Shown here piece after piece: positions 1-9,079 of a stretch of DNA of 64,000 nt. The stretch is from Spirochaetia bacterium. GTDB lineage: Bacteria; Spirochaetota; Spirochaetia; SZUA-6; Bin103. The translations under genes were made by a program, and so were the position numbers. The notes under the pieces were generated by a model. It worked only from the letters and a program-made list of their open reading frames with translations, was not told the DNA's origin and did not search any database. Location of the stretch: the NCBI GenBank assembly GCA_965208575.1, contig CBDBOV010000004.1, positions 1,312,001 to 1,376,000 of the forward strand, given 5' to 3'. Within the stretch, counting starts at the first letter, position 1. Every line of letters begins with the position of its first letter.

Positions 1-1467
<1,467 letters not shown>

Positions 1468-1492
1468 CGGCGCGCCGGTAAGCGCCGCCGGC

Positions 1493-1526
1493 GTCATCGA
1501 CCGGCAGGCCCTTCGGCCTCGATGAC
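1493..1526 (+). terminator. Stem-loop after ppdK (no U-tract)
   Basis: GTCATCG...AGGCC-CTTC-GGCCT-CGATGAC inverted repeat about 25 nt after the stop. Confidence 0.35.
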
Positions 1527-1688
1527 CTGGCGATTCACCCGCCCAGCGGGTCGCACCCGGCCGGCGTGCGCACCGCCGTTGCCGTTGGCAGAGGCTGCCG
1601 GGGCATGTGCCGCCTCCACTCCCAGCTCCTGGTAACGGCACATTCGGGTCTACTGGAATGATCGGTCGAAGCATGGTATCCTGGCGCC

Positions 1689-2693
1689 ATGGCTGAGTAC
1701 CGCGCCGCCGCCGTGCCGCGCCCGGTCAGGCGCGCGACGCCGCCCTTGGAGTTTCCCGGCTGCCGGGCGGTGCGCATTGCGCGCGCCGACATCGAGCGCT
1801 GCGAACGCCGCATCGAGTACTGGGACGCCGCCACCGAGACCGCCATGATTTGCGATCCGGTCAGCGTCTACCACGAACACCCGGGCCAGCGCCTGCGCGA
1901 GCTCGCCACCCGCATCGCCCAGGTGCGCGGCTCGCCGATCGAGACGTTCGGCGCGGCCGACCTCCTGCTGCGCGATGCCGACGGCGCCTGGCGGCGCATC
2001 CTGGAGGCGGACCAGACCGTCTACCTGCACCCGCGCACCACGCGGCCACAAGGCGCCCGGATCGAAGTGGGCACCGACGCGCTGCCGGACGTGGTGCTGG
2101 AGGTGGACAACACCACCGACGTGCGCCGCGGCAAGCTGTCGCTGTACGAGTCGTGGGGCTTCCCGGAGGTGTGGGTGGAGGTGCCCGAGCAGTCCTCGCC
2201 GAGCCGCCCGGCGGCGCTGCGCCCCGGCCTGACGATCTACCTGCTCGAGGAAGGCCGCTTTCGCACCGCGCCCGCCAGCCGCGCCTTTGCGGGCTGGACG
2301 GCGGCGGAGATCCACCAAGCGCTGAACGAGCCGGAGCTGTCGGACGCCTCCATGGCCGTGTTGCGCAGCATCGGACGAACACTGGGCGCGGCGCTGGGAA
2401 CCGGTCCGGACGACGACCCGCTGCTGCGCACCGAGCGCCGGGAGAGTCGCGCCGAGGGCCTTGTCGCAGGCCGGACAGCGGGACACGCGGAAGGCCGGAC
2501 CGCGGCGCGCGCGGCGACGCAACGGGAGGCCGTCCTGCAGGTGTTGCAGTCGCGCGGCCTGCCGGTGTCCGCGGCGTTCCCCCGCCACCTGGCGCAATTG
2601 CAGGGCGTCTCCACCGCGGCATTGGTTCAGGCCGCGCTGGACTGCCGCGACGAGGACGACTTCCTGCGGCGGACTCGCACCAAACAACACTGA
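1689..2693 (+). CDS. Uma2 (DUF820)-like PD-(D/E)XK putative endonuclease, copy 1
   Basis: RIEYWD, P...HE, EADQTVY, PDVVLEVD, K..LY...GFPEVW pattern; C-terminal AEG-type repeats and a helical tail. Confidence 0.8.
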   Translation: MAEYRAAAVPRPVRRATPPLEFPGCRAVRIARADIERCERRIEYWDAATETAMICDPVSVYHEHPGQRLRELATRIAQVRGSPIETFGAADLLLRDADGAWRRILEADQTVYLHPRTTRPQGARIEVGTDALPDVVLEVDNTTDVRRGKLSLYESWGFPEVWVEVPEQSSPSRPAALRPGLTIYLLEEGRFRTAPASRAFAGWTAAEIHQALNEPELSDASMAVLRSIGRTLGAALGTGPDDDPLLRTERRESRAEGLVAGRTAGHAEGRTAARAATQREAVLQVLQSRGLPVSAAFPRHLAQLQGVSTAALVQAALDCRDEDDFLRRTRTKQH

Positions 2694-2957
2694 AGCGCCC
2701 GACGTTCAAGTGACCCGCTCGCGGCAGGCGCTGCGCTGAGTTCTCAGCACCGGCCCGCAGTCGAGCATCGTGGCAGAAGATGCCGCCACCCGAACGGCGG
2801 TACTGGACCGGCTGCCGCCGTTGCAGCGAGGCACGGCGCCACTCAACTTGCAACTGGGGAAGCACGAAGCGACGGCGACGACGCGGTAGCCCAGATCCCT
2901 TGTACCGCATAATCGGGTCTACTGGAATGATCGGTCGAACCGTGGTATCCTCGTGCC

Positions 2958-3938
2958 TTGGCTGAGTACCGTGCCGCCGCCGTGCCGCGCCCGGTCAGGC
3001 GCGCGACGCCGCGGTTGGAGTTTCCCGGCTGCCGGCCGGTGCGCATTACGCGCGCCGACATCGCCGACTACGAGCGCCGCATCGAGTACTGGGACGCCGC
3101 CACCGAGACCGCCATGGTGTGCGATCCGGTCAGCGTCTACCACGAACAACCGGGGCAAGCGTTGGCGCGGCTGCTCCAGACCATCGCCCACTTACGCGGC
3201 GCGCCCATTGCCACCTTCGGCGCCGCCGACCTCCTGCTGCGCGATGCCGACGGCGCCTGGCGGCGCATCCTGGAGGCGGACCAGACCGTCTACCTGCACC
3301 CGCGCACCACGCGGCCCCCGGGTGCCCGGATCGAAGTGGGCACCGACACGCTGCCGGACGTGGTACTGGAGGTGGACAACACCACCGACGTGCGCCGCGG
3401 CAAGCTGGCGCTGTACGAGTCGTGGGGCTTCCCGGAGGTGTGGGTGGAGGTGCCCGAGCAGTCCTCCCCGAGCCGCCCGGCGGGCCTGCGCCCCGGCCTG
3501 ACGATCTACCTGCTCGAGGAAGGCCGCTTTCGCACCGCGCCCGCCAGCCGCGCCTTTGCGGGCTGGACGGCGGCGGAGATCCACCAAGCGCTGAACGAGC
3601 CGGAGCTGTCGGACGCCACCATGGCCGTACTGCGCAGGATCGGACGAACGCTGGGTGCGGCGCTGGGAACCGGCCCGGACGACGACCCGCTGCTGCGCAC
3701 CGAGCGCCGGGAGAGTCGCGCCGAGGGCCATACAGCAGGCCGGACCGAGGCGCGCGCGGCGACACAGCGGGATGCCGTCCTGCAGGTGTTGCAGTCGCGC
3801 GGCCTGCCGGTGTCCGCGGCGTTCCCCCGCCACCTGGCGCGCTTGCAGGGCGTCTCCACCGCGGCGTTGGTAGAGGCCGCGCTGCACTGCCGCGACCAGG
3901 ACGACTTCCTGCGGCGGACTCGCCCGAAACAACACTGA
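2958..3938 (+). CDS. Uma2-like putative endonuclease, copy 2 (TTG start)
   Basis: Paralog of copy 1 with the same motifs. Confidence 0.8.
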   Translation: MAEYRAAAVPRPVRRATPRLEFPGCRPVRITRADIADYERRIEYWDAATETAMVCDPVSVYHEQPGQALARLLQTIAHLRGAPIATFGAADLLLRDADGAWRRILEADQTVYLHPRTTRPPGARIEVGTDTLPDVVLEVDNTTDVRRGKLALYESWGFPEVWVEVPEQSSPSRPAGLRPGLTIYLLEEGRFRTAPASRAFAGWTAAEIHQALNEPELSDATMAVLRRIGRTLGAALGTGPDDDPLLRTERRESRAEGHTAGRTEARAATQRDAVLQVLQSRGLPVSAAFPRHLARLQGVSTAALVEAALHCRDQDDFLRRTRPKQH

Positions 3939-4014
3939 AGCGTCGGGCGTTCACGTGGCCCGCTCGCGGCAGGCGCTGAGTTCTCAGCATCGGCCGGTCA
4001 CCCAGCGCCGTGAC

Positions 4015-4265
4015 TCAGTAGCGGTACGTGGTCTTGAAATTCGCGGCGTGTTCGGGCAGGGAGTGCGCGCGCTCGCGCCGTTCTCCAGACAACTCGACGT
4101 CCAGGGCGGCTGACGACGCCCTGAAACGGGTGCCGAGCCGCACGTGGCTCGCGCCGTCGGCGAGCCCTGCCTCGGTGAAAGGCGTGAACACCCCCCACGG
4201 CGAGGCGAAACCATAGCCGATGCTCGCTTCGAGCGAACCGGTCTCGGCGCCCATGCTTGCCGTAA
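4015..4265 (-). pseudogene. 3'-end fragment of an autotransporter/beta-barrel-like outer-membrane protein gene
   Basis: Reads ...LEASIGYGFASPWGVFTPFTEAGLADGASHVRLGTRF...FKTTYRY-stop: amphipathic beta-strands and a terminal aromatic residue; no 5' part. Confidence 0.55.
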
Positions 4266-4400
4266 CAGCGAGTTGCCGCGCCACTCCGCTGGCAACTGGG
4301 GGAAGCACGAAGCGACGGCGACGACCCGGTAACCCAGCTCCCGCGTACCGCATACTCGGGCCTGCTGGAATGATCGGTCGAGACATGGTATCCTCGTGCC

Positions 4401-5357
4401 ATGGCTGAGTACTGCGCCGCCGCCGTGCCGCGCCCGGTCAGGCGCGCGACGCCGCCCTTGGAGTTTCCCGGCTGCCGGGCGGTGCGTATTTCGCGCGACG
4501 ACCTCGAACGCTGCGAGCGCCGTATCGAGTACTGGGACGCCGCCACCGAGACCGCCATGATTTGCGATCCGGTCAGCGTCTACCACGAACACCCGGGCCA
4601 GCGCCTGCGCGAGCTGGCCACCCGCATCGCCCTGGTGCGCGGCTCGCCGATCGAGACGTTCGGCGCCGCCGACCTCCTGCTGCGCGATGCCGACGGCGCC
4701 TGGCTGCGCATCCTGGAGGCGGACCAGACCGTCTACCTGCACCCACGCACCACGCGGCCACCGGGCGCCAGGATCGAGGTGGGCAGCGACACGCTGCCCG
4801 ACGTGGTGCTGGAGGTGGACAACACCACCGACGTGCGCCGCGGCAAGCTGGCGCTGTACGAGTCGTGGGGCTTCCCGGAGGTGTGGGTCGAGGTGCCCGA
4901 GCAGTCCTCCCCAAGCCGCCCGGCGGGCCTGCGCCCCGGCTTGACGATCCACCTGCGGGAGGGCGGCGCTTTTCGCACCGCCGCGCACAGCCGGGCCTTC
5001 GCGGGCTGGACGGCGCCGGAAATCCACCGCGCGCTGAACGAGCCGGAGTTGTCGCACGCCACCCTGGCCGCGCTCCGGCGCGTGGGGCGCGCGCTCGGCG
5101 CGGCCGCGGGCACCGGGCCGGACGACGACCCGCAGATGCGCACCGAGCGCCGGGAAAGCCGCGCCGCGGGCCGGGTGGAGACACAGCGGGAGGCCGTGCT
5201 GCAGGTGCTGCAGTCGCGCGGCCTGCCGGTGTCCGCCGCGTTCCCGCGGCGCCTGGCGGAGTTGCAGCCCGTGTCCACCGCCGCACTGGTTCGGGCGGCT
5301 CTGGAGTGCCGCGACGAGGACGACTTCCTGCGGCGCACTGGCACGAAACAACACTGA
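4401..5357 (+). CDS. Uma2-like putative endonuclease, copy 3
   Basis: Paralog of copy 1; most divergent in the C-terminal half. Confidence 0.8.
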   Translation: MAEYCAAAVPRPVRRATPPLEFPGCRAVRISRDDLERCERRIEYWDAATETAMICDPVSVYHEHPGQRLRELATRIALVRGSPIETFGAADLLLRDADGAWLRILEADQTVYLHPRTTRPPGARIEVGSDTLPDVVLEVDNTTDVRRGKLALYESWGFPEVWVEVPEQSSPSRPAGLRPGLTIHLREGGAFRTAAHSRAFAGWTAPEIHRALNEPELSHATLAALRRVGRALGAAAGTGPDDDPQMRTERRESRAAGRVETQREAVLQVLQSRGLPVSAAFPRRLAELQPVSTAALVRAALECRDEDDFLRRTGTKQH

Positions 5358-5416
5358 AGCGCCGGCGCACTCGATTCTACTGGAATGATCGGTCGAAGCT
5401 ATGGTACCCTCGTGCC

Positions 5417-6385
5417 GTGGCTGAGTACCGTGCCGCCGCCGTGCCGCGCCCGGTCAAGCGCGCGACGCCGCGGTTGGAGTTTCCCGGCTGCCGGCCGGTG
5501 CACATTGCGCGCGCCGACATTGAGCGCTGTGAGCGCCGCATCGAGTACTGGGACGCCGCCACCGAAACCGCGATGATTTGCGATCCGGTCAGCGTCTACC
5601 ACGAACATGCTGGGCAACGCCTACGCGAGTTGCTGACGCTGATTGCGCAGGTGCGAGGTTCGCCGATTGCTACTTTCGGCGCCGCCGACCTCTTGCTGCG
5701 CGATGCCGACGGCGCCTGGCGGCGCATCCTGGAGGCCGACCAGACCGTCTACCTGCACCCGCGCACCACGCGGCCACAAGGCGCCCGGATCGAAGTGGGC
5801 GCCGACACGCTGCCCGACGTGGTGCTGGAGGTGGACAACACCACCGACGTGCGCCGCGGCAAGCTGGCGCTGTACGAGTCGTGGGGCTTCCCGGAGGTGT
5901 GGGTGGAGGTGCCCGAGCGGTCCTCCCCGAGCCGCCCGGCGGGCCTGCGCCCCGGCCTGACGATCTACCTGCTCGAGGAAGGCCGCTTTCGCACCGCGCC
6001 CGCCAGCCGCGCCTTTGCGGGCTGGACGGCGGCGGAGATCCACCAAGCGCTGAACGAGCCGGAGCTGTCGGACGCCTCCATGGCCGTGTTGCGCAGGATC
6101 GGACGAGCGCTCGGTGCGCCCCTCGGCACCGGGCCGGACGACGACCCGCTGCTGCGCACCGAGCGCCGGGAAAGTCGCGCCGAAGGCCGGACCGAGGCGC
6201 GCGTGGAGACACAGCGGGAGGCCGTGCTGCAGGTGTTGCAGTCGCGCGGCCTGCCGGTCTCGGCGGCGCTTCCCCGCCACCTGGCGCAATTGCAGGGCGT
6301 CCCCACCGCCACGCTGGTAGAGGCCGCGCTGCGCTGCCGCGACGAGGACGACTTCCTCCGCCGGACTCGCACGAAACAACGCTGA
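5417..6385 (+). CDS. Uma2-like putative endonuclease, copy 4 (GTG start)
   Basis: Start placed by alignment with the other copies; lies within track ORF 4562..6385. Confidence 0.8.
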   Translation: MAEYRAAAVPRPVKRATPRLEFPGCRPVHIARADIERCERRIEYWDAATETAMICDPVSVYHEHAGQRLRELLTLIAQVRGSPIATFGAADLLLRDADGAWRRILEADQTVYLHPRTTRPQGARIEVGADTLPDVVLEVDNTTDVRRGKLALYESWGFPEVWVEVPERSSPSRPAGLRPGLTIYLLEEGRFRTAPASRAFAGWTAAEIHQALNEPELSDASMAVLRRIGRALGAPLGTGPDDDPLLRTERRESRAEGRTEARVETQREAVLQVLQSRGLPVSAALPRHLAQLQGVPTATLVEAALRCRDEDDFLRRTRTKQR

Positions 6386-6540
6386 ACCGCCCGTATTCAA
6401 GCGGCCCGGCTCACGGCAGGCGCTGCGCTGCCATTGCCGATCCGCGTATTCGCGAACCCGTCGGTGAACGAGGAATGGGCTTGGGTGAGCCTATTCGGAC
6501 CTACTGGAATGATCGGTCGAGCCCGTTGTATCCTCGTGCC

Positions 6541-7521
6541 ATGGCTGAGTACCGCACTGCCGCCGTGCCGCGCCCGGTCAGGCGCGCGACGCCGCCCTTG
6601 GAGTTTCCCGGCTGCCGGCCGGTACCCATGTCGCGCAACGAGATCGAACACTGCGAGCGCCGTATCGAGTACTGGGACGCCACCACCGAGACCGCCATGA
6701 TTTGCGATCCGGTCAGCGTCTACCACGAACACGCTGGGCAACGCCTACGCGAGTTGCTGACGCTGATTGCGCAGGTGCGAGGATCGCCGATTGCTACTTT
6801 CGGCGCCGCCGACCTCTTGTTGCGCGATGCCGACGGCGCCTGGCGACGTATCCTGGAGGCCGACCAGACCGTCTACCTGCACCCGCGCACCACGCGGCCA
6901 CAAGGCGCCCGGATCGAAGTGGGCAGCGACACGCTGCCCGACGTGGTGCTGGAAGTGGACAACACCACCGACGTGCGCCGCGGCAAGCTGTCGCTGTACG
7001 AGTCGTGGGGCTTCCCGGAGGTGTGGGTCGAGGTGCCCGAGCAGTCCTCCCCGAGCCGCCCGGCGGGCCTGCGCCCCGGCTTGACGATCCACCTGCTGGA
7101 GGAGGGCGGCTTTCGCACCGCGCCCGCCAGCCGCGCCTTTCCGGGCTGGACGGCGGCTGAGATCCACCAAGCGCTGAACGAGCCGGAGCTGTCGGACGCC
7201 ACCATGGCCGTGTTGCGCGGCATCGGACGAACGCTTGGTGCAGCGCTGGGAACCGGCCCGGACGACGACCCGCTGCTGCGCTCCGAGCGCCGGGAAAGTC
7301 GTGCCGAGGGCCATGCAGCAGGCCGGACCGAGGCGCGCGCGGCGACACAGCGGGATGCCGTGCTGCAGGTGTTGCAGTCGCGCGGCCTGCCGGTGTCCGC
7401 GGCGCTTCCCCGCCACCTGGTGCAGTTGCAGGGCGTCTCCACCGCCACGCTGGTAGAGGCCGCGCTGCACTGCCGCGACGAGGACGACTTCCGCCGCCGG
7501 ACTCGCGGGAAGCAACGCTAA
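6541..7521 (+). CDS. Uma2-like putative endonuclease, copy 5
   Basis: ATG placed by alignment; lies within track ORF 5578..7521. Confidence 0.8.
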   Translation: MAEYRTAAVPRPVRRATPPLEFPGCRPVPMSRNEIEHCERRIEYWDATTETAMICDPVSVYHEHAGQRLRELLTLIAQVRGSPIATFGAADLLLRDADGAWRRILEADQTVYLHPRTTRPQGARIEVGSDTLPDVVLEVDNTTDVRRGKLSLYESWGFPEVWVEVPEQSSPSRPAGLRPGLTIHLLEEGGFRTAPASRAFPGWTAAEIHQALNEPELSDATMAVLRGIGRTLGAALGTGPDDDPLLRSERRESRAEGHAAGRTEARAATQRDAVLQVLQSRGLPVSAALPRHLVQLQGVSTATLVEAALHCRDEDDFRRRTRGKQR

Positions 7522-7854
7522 ACCGCCGGTATTCAAGTGGCCCGGCTCACGGCAGGCGCTGCGCTGCCACTGCCGATCCGCGTATTCGCGAACCCGGGAA
7601 AGCAGGTACCTGCGCTTCCATCTCCACCGCGCGGTCCTGCACAATGGCATCCACCGTCCCGGATCGATAGATGCGCTCGGCAAGCAGACGATCATAGGCG
7701 CGGCTAAAGCCGCGGCAACCTGTCCTCGGACCCGGCACGCGCACATCCTGATCTATCCTGACAAGTCGGACACGTCGGTGAACGAGGAATGGGCTTGGGT
7801 GGGCCTATTCGAGCCTACTGGAATGATCGGTCGAAGCTATGGTATCCTCGTGCC

Positions 7855-8811
7855 ATGGCTGAGTACCGCGCCGCCGCCGTCCCGCGCCCGGTCAAACGCG
7901 AGATGCCGCCCTTGGAGTTTCCCGGCTGCCGGGCGGTGCGCATTGCGCGCGCCGACCTTGAACGCTGCGAGCGCCGCATCGAGTACTGGGACGCCGCCAC
8001 CGAGACCGCCATGGTGTGCGATCCGGTCAGCGTCTACCACGAACAACCGGGCCAGGTGTTGGCGAGGCTGCTCGGGACCATCGCGCACGTGCGCGGCGCG
8101 CCCATTGCCACCTTCGGCGCGGCCGACCTCCTGCTGCGCGATGCCGACGGCTCTTGGCGGCGCATCCTGGAGGCGGACCAGACCGTCTACCTGCACCCGC
8201 GCACCACGCGGCCACAAGGCGCCCGGATCGAAGTGGGCACCGACACGCTGCCGGACGTGGTGCTGGAAGTGGACAACACCACCGACGTGCGCCGCGGCAA
8301 GCTGGCGCTGTACGAGTCGTGGGGCTTCCCGGAGGTGTGGGTCGAGGTGCCCGAGCAGTCCTCCCCGAGCCGCCCGGCGGGCCTGCGCCCCGGCTTGACG
8401 ATCTACCTGCTGGAGCAAGGGAGCTTTCGCACCGCGCCGGACAGCCGCGCCTTTGCGGGCTGGACGGCGGCGGAGATCCACCAAGCGCTGAACGAGCCCG
8501 AGCTGTCGGCAGCCACCATGGCCGTGTTGCGCAGGATCGGACGAGCGCTGGGGGCGGCGCTGGGAACCGGGCCGGACGACGACCCACTGCTGCGCTCCGA
8601 GCGCCGGGAGAGTCGGATCGCAGGCCGCGTGGAAACACAGCGGGAGGCCGTGCTGCAGGTGTTGAAGTTGCGCGGCCTGCCGGTCTCGGCTGCGCTTTCC
8701 CGCCACTTGGCGCAGTTGCAAGGCGTCTCTACCGCGGCGTTGGTGGAGGCCGCGCTGCACTACCGCGACGAGGCCGACTTCCTGCGGCGCACTCGCAGCA
8801 AACAACGCTGA
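7855..8811 (+). CDS. Uma2-like putative endonuclease, copy 6
   Basis: ATG placed by alignment; lies within track ORF 7789..8811. Confidence 0.8.
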   Translation: MAEYRAAAVPRPVKREMPPLEFPGCRAVRIARADLERCERRIEYWDAATETAMVCDPVSVYHEQPGQVLARLLGTIAHVRGAPIATFGAADLLLRDADGSWRRILEADQTVYLHPRTTRPQGARIEVGTDTLPDVVLEVDNTTDVRRGKLALYESWGFPEVWVEVPEQSSPSRPAGLRPGLTIYLLEQGSFRTAPDSRAFAGWTAAEIHQALNEPELSAATMAVLRRIGRALGAALGTGPDDDPLLRSERRESRIAGRVETQREAVLQVLKLRGLPVSAALSRHLAQLQGVSTAALVEAALHYRDEADFLRRTRSKQR

Positions 8812-8872
8812 AGCGCTGGTATTCAAGTGGCCCGGCTACTCGCGCGACGCCGCCGGAACGGAGGCCGATCGC

Positions 8873-8901
8873 TTGCTTGGAGTCCGTTAGCTCGCTATTC
8901 T
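8873..8901 (+). promoter_or_regulatory. Sigma-70-like promoter
   Basis: TTGCTT-17 bp-TATTCT, followed by GGAGG (8932) and ATG (8944). Confidence 0.5.
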
Positions 8902-9031
8902 ATGCAACACGAAAGCGCGTTAGGGCGAGTTGGAGGTATGTCGATGAGTAGCCCCCAACCGAGCAGTGCGTCTCGGCGCCGAGATACAGTTCCACGTTGG
9001 TAACGAGGAATGGGGGCCCGGGCAAGCCTGC

Positions 9032-9060
9032 GCCAGCCGCCGCCGAGGCGGACGGCTGGC
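9032..9060. terminator. Strong GC hairpin between the array and the convergent sigma gene
   Basis: GCCAGCCG-CCGCC-GA-GGCGG-A-CGGCTGGC; no U-tract. Confidence 0.45.
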
Positions 9061-9079
9061 ACACGACTCAGGACAAGCT

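Larger units (their letters stand above)
1650..8840 (+). repeat. Tandem array of six ~1.0-1.4 kb units (leader + Uma2-like gene + trailer + variable spacer)
   Basis: Six near-identical ORFs. Conserved leader CTACTGGAATGATCGGTCGA...TGGTATCCTCGTGCC at 1650, 2919, 4362, 5377, 6501, 7815. Confidence 0.95.

Noticed and set aside
1535-1617. 23-aa minus-strand ORF with GGAGG upstream of the array
   Set aside because: Not conserved in the other spacers and expected by chance in GC-rich DNA.
4562-7521. 607-aa and 647-aa ORFs that look like fusion proteins
   Set aside because: Their N-terminal halves are off-frame read-through of the preceding copy; real starts align at 5417 and 6541.
1650-8840. CRISPR array, DGR or integron interpretation of the repeat region
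   Set aside because: The repeats are whole genes. There are no cas genes, reverse transcriptase or intI in the window, the differences are not adenine-specific, and the trailers lack canonical RYYYAAC/GTTRRRY attC boxes.
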